A stretch of DNA of 64,000 nt from Bigelowiella natans CCMP2755 (taxonomy: Eukaryota > Protista > Cercozoa), in the NCBI GenBank assembly GCA_000320545.1, contig ADNK01001542.1, forward strand, positions 51,233-115,232, in the 5' to 3' direction. The position numbers and the translations under genes were made by a program. A model generated the notes under the pieces. That model saw only the letters and a program-made list of their open reading frames with translations. It did not search any database and was not told the DNA's origin. This document shows positions 50,251 to 63,929 of the stretch, piece after piece; position 1 is the first letter of the stretch, and each line of letters opens with the position of its first letter.

Positions 50251-51112
50251 ATGAGCGTTAACGATGCATTGAAGCATTTTGATTTCTACAAGACCATCCA
50301 GTGAGTACCCACCACCCAAACAGCAAGATCAATGATTCATATGTGCTGGACTAAATCATCCCTTTTCGGGTGGCTTCTAGGACGGATATTCGCGATAAAA
50401 CCGTGGCCGGTGGAGCTGTATCGTTATTGGCGGCTGTGATTATGGGTGCGTTTGACCCCCTTCCCCCCTTCGAATACCCAAACAGCATATAATTTTGTTG
50501 ATGTCTGATCGAAAAGGAATGCTGTTTCTCTGTGAGACCTACTCGTATGTCCAAGGTACTCTACTCCTCGTCACCAACAATGCTACAGCAAAAGATAAAT
50601 ACACATCCTTTCATGAACGAATTTTGAAGATGAACCATTATGTATTATCTCGTGTGCCTATGTGTGCACGTATTCGGCCACACAACGTGATTTCAACGAT
50701 TTCAACATCTAAAATTCGCATTTGGATGTAAGTACGAAGAACTTACTAGAGAAACCACCTGCGTGTACTTTTCCGAAAGCGGTTTCACAAAAAGGTGGAG
50801 GAAAGAAATTTATTCATCTAGAAACCGCGGTGTGATTTGCTACCTGCTCCCGACAGCTGGCATGCACTCTCTCTTCTTATTTCCTTTTGACATCGTCCTC
50901 ATTTCGGCCATTTGTATCCAGGAACACCGATTCACAGCATCACGATAGACGACCACGACAACGTGTCCCCCACAGCGGGGGCATTTTGGGTCAACTTCGA
51001 CATTACGCTGCCGGCCATCACGTGCGATCATATCAGGTCGCAGCCAGCTCGCAAACAACTGCGAATACTAGCAATTTCATGACGACAACTATCGTGTGAA
51101 CGATATTGTATT

Positions 51113-51156
<44 letters not shown>

Positions 51157-51434
51157 GTGTTTGGCTGCTTGGTAGTGTGGATGTTGAGGATCGGTTGGGT
51201 TCGCGCATCTTCGACATCCAAAAGAACGTGGAGAAGATTCCCCTGGACAAGGAAGGCGTGGAAGCTGCGATTCTGCCAGACGAAATACATATTAAGGCTC
51301 CGGATGGTCATGTCACCCTCAAGGAACTACAAGATGTTGTTGCGGTATTTCTAAAATCTTATACTGGGTTTGGGCGCTTTTGGCTTCTGAAATGTATATG
51401 GAGATTGGGGGAGCGGTATCTGTATTTATCGTGT

Positions 51435-51497
<63 letters not shown>

Positions 51498-52787
51498 ATG
51501 TGTGAATGTATGCAAATAAGTTTTTGTTTGTGAATGTGCCAGTGATGTGCCTGCACGCGATGTCAATTTCATTCTAATCTTACATTGTTTTATCTAATTC
51601 TGCACTGCACTCCCCCCCTCCTCCCCCCCCGTACCTTATCACCATCGCATTGCCGCTGCTGCTATCATGAAGAACCCGGACATCTTCAAGAGGACAAATG
51701 ATACTGTGAATCTAGAGGCAGATAAGTTCATGGTGATAGAGTAGTAGTAGTAGTAGTAGTAGTAGTAGAAGGAGTAATAGTAATGGTAGTAGTAGGAGCA
51801 GGGGGTGGGGTTATTCAAGTAGAGCGATGATTCGGATTAGTCAGAGATATCACCCAGTATCGTCCTTCCTGCCTTCATTTTCTATTTCTTTGGAATCAAC
51901 TAATCGTAGGAATGGGTGGAGTCCCACGAATGGTCTTTGGTGAGTTTTCGCGTGGACTGGTATGTTGGTGATACGTCTGTTGCGTGCTACCGTTTTTCGT
52001 TCGTATTTGTATGTTTCGCAGTATACGCACTCCTCCTACTCCTTCTCCTCTCTCCCCTCCTCCTTATCTTATCACATGTTCTCTGCTTACTGTTGCCTTT
52101 CGTCAGGTGCCCCTGGTGCCAAATGCTCGTCCCGATTTGGAAGTCCTCCGCTGTAATTCTTTCCAACCGCGAGGTTCCTGTGCCGCTCGCAACTGTCGAG
52201 GTATATATGTGCGTCAGCAGCGTTTCTGTTTACTGCGCGCTTTGCAATTTGGTGACGTTGCCGCCCCCAAGCTCCCTCCCTCCCTCCCCTGAGTGTGAGT
52301 TCGCACTAAATTCTATCTGGTTGCTGCTATTATTGTTGTTGTTGTTGTTGTTGCTTTTGGTTGTAATTGTTGTACCGTTTCCGCGCACAGTGCACGAAGC
52401 ACATGGATCTCTGCAAGGAAGCAGGTCGTAGCCCTCGCACATGCACACAGGGAGAGAACATTCCTTAGAACTCAATCGACACCCACGCCATCGGGATGAT
52501 TTTTCTGAAATAGAGATAGAAATTGATCTAGTTTGACGTGCTCAGAACTCTCATAGAAATCACGATTTAGCTAGAGACCGCAGCGAGTATTCAATAACAA
52601 TACCGCCATCAGCAACCACCATCATTATATTCCACAGTAGCTATTCGTCGCCGCATATCCGTTTAGCAAACGCTATAACCTATATAACATGGCAACAATC
52701 ATCAGGCGTGACAGCCTTTCCGACGATTAAGCTCTACCATTGGGGAAAACACGTAGCTCCCGACTATAAAGTAATATTTATTACACC

Positions 52788-52854
<67 letters not shown>

Positions 52855-53438
52855 GTACACACACACACATAGGGCAAGAGGACTGTGAACGATATCGTGC
52901 ACTTCGCTGAGACGGCAGCAGACCAAAAGGCGGTATGGATGTGACGTGAGTCAGTGTGCGCTCCGCATATATTCAGTTTTATAAATGAGAGAACTTACGT
53001 GATCGAAGAGCTTTTAGCAAAAACGGCTATTGTTTTTTGAATAGCCAGAAGCCCCCTCCCCCTTCTTGATTCTCCCGCATTGCATATGGAGTTATCTTGG
53101 CTTTGAGAATGCACCCGCATCATATCATAACCCGTTCCCCAATATTATATATTTACTTATATATTTGTAAATATATAATTATTATGATGGTGGTGCACGC
53201 ACCAACCGTTTTTAGGTTGCGGAGAAGGCGGGTGTGAACGTAAGCGACACCCACCGAAGCGACGTTGGTTGCACAGTTGTCGGACACCTATTCGTGCACA
53301 AAGTGCCAGGGAGAATCCAGCTATCCCTCAAGAGCGACACGCACACCTTCAACCGCGAAGCTGTAAACTTCACCCACCAGGTTAGGTGGTGGTGGTATTA
53401 GTAGTAGTAGAGGTTGAAGTTGTTGTTGTAGCAGCAGC

Positions 53439-53474
<36 letters not shown>

Positions 53475-53867
53475 TGTTGTTGTAGTAGTCTTAGCAGCAG
53501 CAGCAGAAGTAGGAAGAGGAAGAAGAGGAGGAAGAAGAACAAACATCAACGAAGAATAGTTACCATGCAATAGTTGGCATGCACAAAAAGCGCGCAGAAG
53601 TAACTTTTACCGTATCTGATGGGATTGATGGTTAATGAGGTCGGTCTCTCTCTCTAGGTACACCACCTCTCCTTCAACGATATTCCAGAGACTGAGGAGG
53701 TAGTAACTATATCGCAGCCCTGCCATGCGGTTGGAACCTGTACAAATCGCAGCAGAGGCCCATCGGCCGCCCCGTTGTGACATCGAATTGCGAAGATCCA
53801 AAAGAAGATGTTCGGATATATTAGCTGCAGCGGCCATTTCCGATTCGCCGCACTGTGCAGTTTATCT

Positions 53868-53905
<38 letters not shown>

Positions 53906-55605
53906 TCCCAAAATTCGTTTTGACTCGATGCGGTGTGTGCGGCGCAGGAGATGGAAGCGATTATGCTAGATCATGAGATACAAGATAAGGTCGGTCACGC
54001 ATGGATGTTTCGCTGTGTGAGTGAAAAATAGGTTTCTTGCTTCTTCTATTCTCTGCCTCTACCCCTCCCCCTTATTCACCGATACCACAACATTTCCTCA
54101 CAGGTGTCTCGGTGGCTGAGCCAGACCTTCACATCTCACACGAAGCACACCATGCACGAGCACTACTTAAAGGTGGAATGCCGCCTTGTAGGATGATGAT
54201 CGTCGTGCACTGGGCGCACAAGAAACGCTGCTTTGCATGAATGTCCATATAGTTTAAGGATATCCGCGACACGGCCATCAGCTGCGTCGTGGTGAAGATG
54301 TCATCTGAAGATTATGTACAACGCGAATCGCTTCGAAACCGTGGAAATTCATCGAGGGAACATCCACTGATCAAAACTCCTTTCTTCTCGCCTCCCCCTC
54401 CCCCCCCCTCTCTGTTCTGGACGGCACGATAGGTCGTGGAGTACGAGTACAAGAATCAAGGATTTGGGTATGCCTTTGCGCTGCTGAAACTAGAGATATA
54501 TGTTCTGCTCTGTCGCAAATGGCATGCATGTGCGTGGTCGTGTCCGATGTATTGGAGGAAGTAACGGAGGATGACAATATATGATGATGCCTGTAAGTCT
54601 TTTGTCGTTGAGAGAAGTAAATGATAAATACATCTACCGGACCAAGCCGTCTTTGAAAACAGCAACTCGTTGTAAACTTGTCTTTTCTATGCTATGGTTT
54701 CAGATGGGCGAATGCGAATCGTATTTACGAGCACTCGATTTCTTCTCACTCGTAATCGCCAATATATAATATATCATGTGTCCTGTATTTTGTATGTACT
54801 ACTCGAGTAAATCTAATTAGACATGAGAGTTTGGGTTCTAAGAGCGGAAAGGATACGCTGCATCTTACTCCATCCAAATTCCGCACTTTCTAAATTCACC
54901 GGTTGTTTCTCCCCGCCCCCCTCCCCCCCTGCCTCCTTGTGTTTGTCTCTCGGCCTTCTTCTTCTTCTTCTTCTTCTTCTTCTTCTTCAATTTCCTTCAG
55001 ATATGCGACGGACAGTCATCTACCAGCTGTCAAGTTCCACTATGATCTATCACCACTGCAGGTAATGCATTATGTATGTACTTAACCACCATCAGATTTC
55101 GACAAGAAACAGAACAATTGAAGATAGTTTTCATTGCTGCGTTTTCTCCTTCGCTTGTGTCTCAGGTGAGTGTGGAGCATCAGTCACGGCCGTGGTTCAG
55201 CTTCATCACGATGGTAGTACAGTTGAGGAAGAAAAACCAACTGCGTGTATTAAGCCCTTTTGAGTATTGTTCGAATATATGTTCGCTTCTCTTCGTAATT
55301 GAGGAATTTTTGAGAATTGATTTGTTCTGTGTTTTCGTCGATGCAGGTTTGTGCGCTAGTGGGAGGAGCATGGTCTATCATGTCTGTAGTCAACGACGTT
55401 GCAACGTCGTCAGGCTTAGGTTTGTCGGCCTACATAATAAGTGTTATTTTGTTAGCAGAACTAAACATGAGAGCTGGTTTCAATTTTAAAGTGTATAACA
55501 ATTCTTTTTTTCCCCCCTGTCTAAGTTTCTAAATGTTTATTATCGGTACCATCTCCATCAGGTAAAATGTTCGCAGATGCGAAGACCTTGCGAGCCTCTT
55601 CTTAG
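50251..55605 (+). CDS. ERGIC/Erv41-Erv46 family cargo receptor with an inserted thioredoxin domain (PDI-C type)
   Basis: ERGIC_N: LKHFDFYK..TVAGGAVSL..VNFDITLPAITCDHISVDVED. Thioredoxin: SFRVDW|CPWCQML..GVTAFPTIKLY..YK|GKRT. Erv C-domain: GCTVVGHLFVHKVPG, NFTHQ|VHHLSF, PAVKFHYDLSPLQ, FIT..CALVGG, C-terminal LGK. Confidence 0.9.
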
Positions 55606-56047
55606 TGTACGTGGTCCGCAGGATGCGACATGATCGCATAAAATTGCATCTACTAGAACACGTGTAGCCATATGAATGTGATGTTTTACATTAGAATTTT
55701 GTCATGAAATCTAGGACACAATACCTATGCGGATCTTCCAAGTTTTCTGTGAGCATCATTGAATGCGCATTCGACCATGTGAATGCAGTGATGCGTGCAC
55801 GAGATGCACAAGGAGATTTCAGCGAAGCCCCTCGCCAGCTCGGCTCTGGCCCTGCACATCATTGCAGCGATGAACTTGCGCCAGCATGAATTCATGGTGC
55901 ACGGTTTCACGTGAGCTGCAATTGTACAGCAATGATGTCCAGATCGACACACATCTAGACATGCTCAAGCTAGCAAGCCTGCTTGGTGCAACTTGGCTAG
56001 TAGGCAAGGCCCAAGAGGCTGCATTGTGATCGACGTGCGGTCTCAGG

Positions 56048-56067
56048 CTAGCTAGCTAGCTAGCTAG
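56048..56067. repeat. (CTAG)5 tetranucleotide run, representative of the CTAG-rich intergenic DNA
   Basis: ctagctagctagctagctag. Similar dense CTAG clusters occur at 30690-31090, 40140-40360, 47580-48170 and 61020-61640. Confidence 0.9.
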
Positions 56068-56271
56068 CCTCAGCTAGCTCAGCTTTCCCCAAGAAAACTT
56101 CACCTTTTGCTCGTGATTTTCAGCACCAACTGCGTACATGCACAATGAGCAATCTTGCGAACGAAACTGCTTGGGTGCGATGGCAGTCGCCGTTTGGCAC
56201 GCTTGCTGCACCAGCTAGCCACAGCACGTGCGTCTGACACATCAATTTTTCCACGCTTCAGACATGCGTCA

Positions 56272-56307
<36 letters not shown>

Positions 56308-56916
56308 CACAAACACACATGATAGCATGCGCTAGCGCCATAGATTAGCGATCTTCTTGGGTGACAAATGTCTGCACGAAAACGCTTTCAAGGTGACAGC
56401 AAACGACTCAGTCTGTCAGTCCATCCAGCTAGCCAGCTGGCCAGCCATGTCGCTTTCATCTCCACCAAGGTTTCCGGTGCCCATTGAAGACATCATGAAC
56501 AACCATTTAGCACTGTGCAATGTGCATCGTGAGCTTGTTGATCACAATGGATGATCGCAATGGAATGCCTCGCAACATTTGATTCCCCCTCCAAACCGAA
56601 GTAGCGAGGAGACTGCACAAAAAACAAGATTCCTCTCGGAAGAATCTCCGAGGATAGATATTCTCCTGGGATCAGAGGTCATTTCATCACTGCGTCTTAG
56701 ACTCGACGTTACTCAAGGGTTACAATGCCGTCACTAAGATAACTATGAAAAACGCATTCCAAAATTGCGAAATTCCATCTCATTTACCGTTTACGACAGT
56801 GTTTTGTTCAGTACTGATTTCAAGATTGGAAAATTTCACCAACGATCAGCGCTTTGAGATTCAGCTTTTTGTGAGTTGAACATCGTGAACGCTACACCTT
56901 CCTGAAGCAATTGTCG

Positions 56917-59900
56917 ATGGAAGTTGATGGAACAATGCCAGAAGAACATAAAGGAAGTAACCCTGCTGTTCATACAACTAAAAGTAGTGTGGATAAGAAC
57001 GATGATGAAAAACAAAGTTGTGATTCTAATGCAAATAATTCCAAAGCTAATCAACAGTTTTCAAGGTAAAACTTACAAACAATGAGAAATAATCATACGT
57101 TCTCAAAATTCTTCCTTATAATTGGAACAATGCAGGTTGCATTTAAAATCAGAAGTTTCATGTTGTTCCGATAGAAGCACAAATATTGTTAAGATGGAGA
57201 AGGATGGGCCCAAAATGGGAACGAATGAGAAAAAGGTCCGAAAGTACTTTTATTTTTCAAATCTAACATTAGATACTCTTAGATATATTCAAAATGTTCA
57301 CCGTACTCGTCAATGGATCTGAAAACTCAATCATCTTCGGCAGTCCCAAAACTATTGAAGATAATTCAAAATGAAGTCCAAGAAGAGTATGTAACGAAAC
57401 AGAAGATGTGGAAGATAGTATGCGAAGACTACATAGATAAATGCAAGTTTGTTGAACTTACCAAATCAACGAATGTGAATAGACTGTTTTCCATTATGGC
57501 TGTGAAACAATCATCTAAGCTAACTCAAAGGACGCCGTATAGTAAGATACCAACTCTGTGCAGTTTTAGGGAAGAGAGCAAAAAGATCTATGAAATTGAG
57601 GAACCACTTGTCCTGCCAGTTGATCCTTGTAAAGGGCGGGCTATGTTCATGAAGTTCTTTCTCGATGCATTGACTAACTTCCCAAACCCTCAAAGAAGAC
57701 CCGAAACCAAAAACATGGAAACCAATTCTGCGACTGGAATGTCATTGTCACATTTAAAATCACGTCGGGAGGAGTACTTCAGAGCTCGTTACTTTCAATC
57801 TCCACACGTCTCTAAGTTAATGTCTCTTCCGAAGATAGAAAACAAATGTGATAACAACGACCGTGATCCAACTTCTAAGCTATCCTGGTTTAGAGTGTTG
57901 AACATGATCCCTAAACATAAAATTATTTGCCCCTACATTGAACTAGAACCCTTCTGGAGTTCTAAACCGCTTGCATCTAAGGCGGAGACACGCCGACTTG
58001 AACTGTTCAAATTTATGAAGAAGAAGAATAACACAAAAGACGGCTCAATCGATCTTCAAATCGGTAAAAATCGAGTGGAAAAGATTCTTCCAGACTTCCG
58101 CAGCGTCGATAATCTTCATGAACAGATATGCCTCTACGAGAGAGCACTTACAGAAATGCCGAGCTCAGAAGAATTCAATTGCCAAAGCGAGTCAACATTA
58201 GAGAACAGAGCGAAAATCCGTCCTGATGAGATGTTGAATATGAACCTTCATGGAGAGGATATGTCCCAAATGAAAATTTCTACAATTTTCAATGGCCAAA
58301 ATCAGGCCACTGATTCTTTTTCGTGTCGAAATTCGGTGTGTAATAAGACTGACCAAAGCTTGGAGCAGTTTATTCAACTCCGAACAGGAAAGGTACCTGA
58401 CAGCAGTAAATCTCAGTTTAGATATCAGACTTATTCCACCCAAGTGGATACATATAGCTTAGACATTCTGAAAACCATCCAAGTAGCAGCAAAGAATCCC
58501 ATTGATGATCTCAAGCGCATGGGGCTTTTGGGAACAGAGTTTTCTATTGTTGCAGAAGGATCATATTTCACAACATCGCGACTACTAGATGAGGAACTTA
58601 AGAAATTGGAGAAAGCTCGGAAAGCAGCTGAAAAATATCAAATTCACATGTTTCGACAAGATCGACCGATAAGAATAAAAAGATTATACACACTACACTA
58701 TTATGTGATAATTGCTAACTCCATCCTCCATGCTGGAATTATAGCAGCCTCTTTTCACCACAAACAACTTGTTAAAATGTCTAACCAGATGGGGGAGCTT
58801 CTACGAACGATTGAAAAAATTAAACATATAGGAAACTATCTTCAGAAGGGAAGAGAGATGCTAATTGATGGAACTCTCGAAAAGCCTAATAAGTTACAGA
58901 AACTTGCCGCTTTCATTTCTAAAGAATCGTCAAGTCCGCAGTCCAAGCTGGTAGTAGTGGTATCTTCAAGGGTTCTACTGCCAATTCTTCACAACTACCT
59001 AGGAAACATAGCTATTACTATTGTGGAGGATAGCAAGGCACCCTCAGAAGCTCTTGACCTGCTAATTGAGGACTCAAATATTGTGCTAGCTCACGACAGT
59101 ATCTTAGCGCATCCAACATTTCAGTGGGAAATGGTAGGTAAAATATTTTTTTATGAAAAGAAAGCGAGTCATCAAATAAGTTTCTTTCTTGCAAAGCGGT
59201 CATTTAATAGAAGTATAGAGTTCCATTTACTCCAAGTGCGTCTTCCTGAGCCCAGAGTGACATTAATTCCCCCTGAATTGTCAAAGATTTCTTTGTTTTA
59301 CAACGAAGAGAGGGCTGGAAAGTATATGGGAGTTATAAGGAAGGTTGGGATTAGAGCATGCCCACGAATAACTGCGATCGAAGACATCATATTTGGATTT
59401 AATGAATGTATTGTACTTCGAGAGGTTGAGGCTTTGGCACAGACAACGGAAAGGGTAAAATTTTCACTTCCCTGTTCGCTTTGTTTTGGAACGTTTCTAG
59501 ATAATATTTTCTAAAAAACATAACTGATGAAATGATACTGCTTGCATTTAGGGAAGTCTCGAAATTGACGAGCTAATCAATCACCTTGCTGAGCTTTCAA
59601 TCCGATTCAAAAAATGCACACTAATTCTTATTATCAATTCTTATGACATAGATGAACAAGTATTCAAGCATGTTTACCTTCGATTGGCTGCGTCACTTTC
59701 ATTCAATTTTCCAATGAAAGTACTTACGAGACACACCACAAGTCATGTTTCAAAAATCCAAGAACTTATCATTAAAGATATTCAACAATCGTTCCAGTTC
59801 TGCAATGCAATACTCTCAGACGATTGGTCGCCCTATAAGTACTTTCAAAACTCCCCGACTGAAAAGGAAATATTTCTTAGCGGATTTCCTTCCATAAATG

Positions 59901-60776
59901 TTTTCAATGTAAGAGACGATGCCCATTTTGATTTATTTGCGTTGTAATAATTCTTTTGATTCTTGTCAGGCTCATTTCATAGTGAATGTTCGACGTATAA
60001 AGGTCAACAGTTACATTCATGATTACTTACTGGTAGAACTCTGAATAAAATTTCACATTTAAAGATCTCAACACTTCTGTCCATAAACTTTGAGGCTCTT
60101 CGCAATCTTCTTCCGGAGGTTCCATTGAGTTCGATAAAGCTTTTCCATCACACCATACATGCAGACTATACAGTCAAACATAGACAGGCTTACATTAAAA
60201 AGGAAGCTGAATCTGAAACTAGGAATCGGATTTTAATTGATCTAACAAAAAAAGGTGGGAGGATTGATCTGATGAAAAAGGTAATGAACAGGAACAAATA
60301 TTTTTATTATTCTACAATTTATGAAGACTTTTTGCTACATGTAAATTTGTTAGACCGTGGATAATCTTTCAAAAGACAGAAAGGTACTTCAGAGAAATGG
60401 CCTAAGCATAGGTAGTTTAATTTCCAGATCTACGGACAAAGAATTTTGCAAGAACGGCGCAGAGACCGCTTCTTCAATCCCAAAAATAATTAACTTACAA
60501 AGACTTCAAAATTCACACAATAACTTGAATCAAAGATTAGCAGCCCTAAACGAAAAACATACAAGTCATCCTGACTTGCAAGTGAGCAAAATTCGTAAAA
60601 TGTTTTCAAGTTTTCAAACAAAGAGGATGACAAATCATTCAAAAAGGAAAAACAATGCTATAATGCCGAAACAATTGAATACTCGTTCGTCATATCATTC
60701 AAAAGTCAAGAATCAAGCTCATAGCGCCCAAGGAGGTTATATAGTTTATCCAAAAAAACGTCGAAAATGGCCATAA
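56917..60776 (+). CDS. SHOC1: SHOC1/Zip2-like meiotic protein (inactive XPF-like domain plus HhH2)
   Basis: Large exon (ORF 57313-59514) with in-phase upstream exons from ATG 56917. C-terminal exons EDIIFGFNECIVL..LAELSIRFKKCTLIL..SPTEKEIFLSGFPSINVFN|AHFIV..LLSINFEALRNLLPEVPLSSIKLF match my recollection of the SHOC1/C9orf84 XPF-HhH signature. The start codon is uncertain. Confidence 0.65.
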
Positions 60777-61779
60777 AGTTAGCCTTGACAAGCCGAATGT
60801 CCTAGACTATGATTGCTGAATGCAGAATGTCATCTACAGCGAAGCGAAAATTTTGGGATTTTGTAATGGAAGCTAGAAAATAGTCACATGAAAAAACATT
60901 TCAACGTGCCTTTTTGTCAGGGAGCTATGTTGACCAATGTGCATTAATTGAGCTTCCAAACGGGTACAAATCTATGTTGGAATGTTTCAGAAATTCAGCA
61001 GCGCGACACTGATCGAACTATGACAATGCTAGAATGGTTGTTGACAGTATAGCTTGACAGTTCTATTTCTAGAATCATTAGAGCTCACTAGTTCATGCTG
61101 TGGCCATGCATATTTAATTTTAGGCGAGCTAGCTAGTAGGCATCGCAATCTCTAGATCTGCCATGGCCAACCTAGCAAGCACAGTCAACTAGCTAGTAGT
61201 CTTACAGCTGTCTAGCTATCTAGCTCCGCATTTCTTCTTCATGCGAATGGCATCAAGTTTGATTTTTGAACAAAAATGTCCCACTTCGCGCTCTACGAAT
61301 TCCGAACAGGGATTTATCATTTTTTGTGCAAAACTTGAAAATCTCAAGTGGCAGCATGCATCGATGTGCATCTAGCTAGCTAGACACGACGCGTGAATGC
61401 ACAGTCTTACTGCAATGTCGAGGTGGCAGTTGGTTTCGAGCTCATGATGTTGTATTATACCATGTTGCTGTGTCTATTATTGTTGCATGCAAAGATCAGC
61501 ACTAGCTAGCTAAAGTAGCCAGTAGCATTTTGTGGGTGAGCTAGTCCGGCAGAACTTGCTAGCTTGTTAGATTGAACATGCACTGAAACGCTCGTCTAGC
61601 GCGCAACGCTGTGGAGTCGAAGCAACGACGACCTAGCGACCCCACGAGGCTATTGTTTGGGAATGCGGCCATTCTAGCATTATTCACAACATCTAGATAT
61701 ACACGCACTCCTCTCTAGTTCTGTGTGCACATTGCACACACTCAGCATGATATGATGACGACCAAAGTCCGATCTAAAA

Positions 61780-62026
61780 CTTGTGTTCACAGTTTGTGTG
61801 TAGTTGTAAAGCAATGTTTGCGACAACATTGGAAACAACGCATGGAAGTGATGCTCGATAATACCGTGGCCAGTAGCAAAAGTAAAAGACATTCTCAAGA
61901 TCTGGAGCTCTTGTTCTTCCTTCTCTTTTCATGACGGTTAATCGGCGTGTATGAATTCAACGAAGGCACCACTTGTAGCTGATCCTAACAATAATGCAAC
62001 ACATACACACACAAATATATACACAA

Positions 62027-62075
<49 letters not shown>

Positions 62076-63183
62076 TGTTCCAAGTAATTAGTTCCATGCA
62101 GCAAGACATTACAGCTCATGCCGTTTCAGCCGAAGAGAATGGCGCCGCTACAATATATGCTGAAGAAGGAGTAGGTTGTGCCACAACTACCTTTATTCGT
62201 TCATCGAAAAAGGATTCTGGATGCAGCACCTGAGAGATGATGGGGAGAGAAAACGGACAGGCACCTTCAACACAGAGAATTCAGATGACACCGAAGCAAC
62301 TGTTCCAACTGCTTCTCCGCAGGCATTAAGCATCAATCACAACCGTTAGCACAGCATCGGTTAAATCTCCCCTTACGCAATGTCCGACCTCGGATTCTCT
62401 GATGTTATTTGCGAGAGCGTATCCCTTGACCATGGACTGTATTGTTGCCTAGAGAAATGGTCAAAGGGCTCAAGAACGATGCGGAGCTTCTCGAGCGATG
62501 CAACAGTGTTCCCCGGCTCGCAAGCAAGATAAGAGAAGTTTCGCCTGCGACGGTCAATAGAGGTGCATGCGATGCATGCTCTATGGGATCGAGGCCAACG
62601 GAGAGCCATCACCTGCTTCCTTCTTGTACACAATGTATGGAACGAAGACTATTTTCCCTACATCTTCCCCCCCCCTCCCCCCCGGCCCCCACCACTTCCC
62701 CCTTTTGATCATGCTGTTGTGATTCCAGGAGTACCTTCGCGTATCGAAAAGGGTCGCTTTCACTGAGGATGTAGTCCTTTGAAAAGAGTGAATATATAAT
62801 GCGCATGCCTCAGCGTGGTGTTGTTTATAGCGATATTCTTTTAGAAAAGAGGGCATATCGTTATCGGGAACGAAGATGCTGTTTGTGTGGGAGGGGGTTG
62901 CATGCATGCACACCTCGCACGCTTTGATCAGGAACTTCAAGTCCAAAGCCGCCTGCAGGATACCGATGCGAGAAAGATTCTGACCAAATCATTGAAGAGA
63001 CGATATTAAAGATGACGATGATGATGATGATGATGATGATTTATCATTGCAGCGAGACATCTTCTCAATTACCAGCCCCTTCAATCGCTCCGAAGAAGCC
63101 AAGTTCCTCATCATAATCTCCAGGCACTGATGATGACAATGATGATGATAATGATGGTGATGGATGTGTGCTATCGATTGGAC

Positions 63184-63223
<40 letters not shown>

Positions 63224-63896
63224 TAAGAGGGAGAGAGAAAAGAGAGACTCAGTAAGGCAACGAGGCTGGAACCCCACAACTGCGCTACTCCGACGTTGCA
63301 CTTACCGTTGAGAGAATGATCTTCGATGTCTCCTTTTTCAGGTAGGTCGCTATATTGTCCAACAACCTTTCCAACGCACAATTCCGCGCAAGATACTTCA
63401 AATCACGATTCTCTTCCGACTCAAGAAAAAAGGACAAATCAAATAACTAAGGTGACATAAAATAAAATAAAACAGGGCTCCATCCTCCTACGCATTCGCG
63501 CTTGCCCCCCCCCCCCCTTCCTTCCTTATGCCTGCTGGTGTCGGGACCTGTGCATTCGCTCCAGGACTTGTACAAACCGTTCCGAAACCTGTACGAGGAG
63601 GGAAACATGAGAGTGGGGAGGGAGGGGATATGGCTGGTTGGCACCGATGTTCTGATGTGTGCAAGATGTTTACTCAGCAGTATATTCATATGATACTTGC
63701 TCCTTCGTTGCACGCTATTAGTAGCGGTAGTGGTATTACTTTCGTCTTCTCCTTCTTCCTCTTCTTTTTCTTCTATACAGTGTTGTTGGGGATAGTATAC
63801 CTGCATCCTTTGTTCTTGCTTCTTCTCGAGCTCCGAGCCGTCCATTTTATCTGGATTACCCGTAGACTCTCTGCGCTGCCCGTAGTGCCTAGTGCG

Positions 63897-63900
<4 letters not shown>
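61780..63900 (-). CDS. 3' part of an unidentified intron-rich gene continuing beyond the window end
   Basis: A series of AG/GT-bounded open segments on the minus strand (~63800-63890, 63553-63590, 63305-63420, 63072-63127, 62913-62953, 62376-62545, 62117-62228) separated by microsatellite introns. Reading frames are ambiguous. Confidence 0.4.
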
Positions 63901-63929
<29 letters not shown>

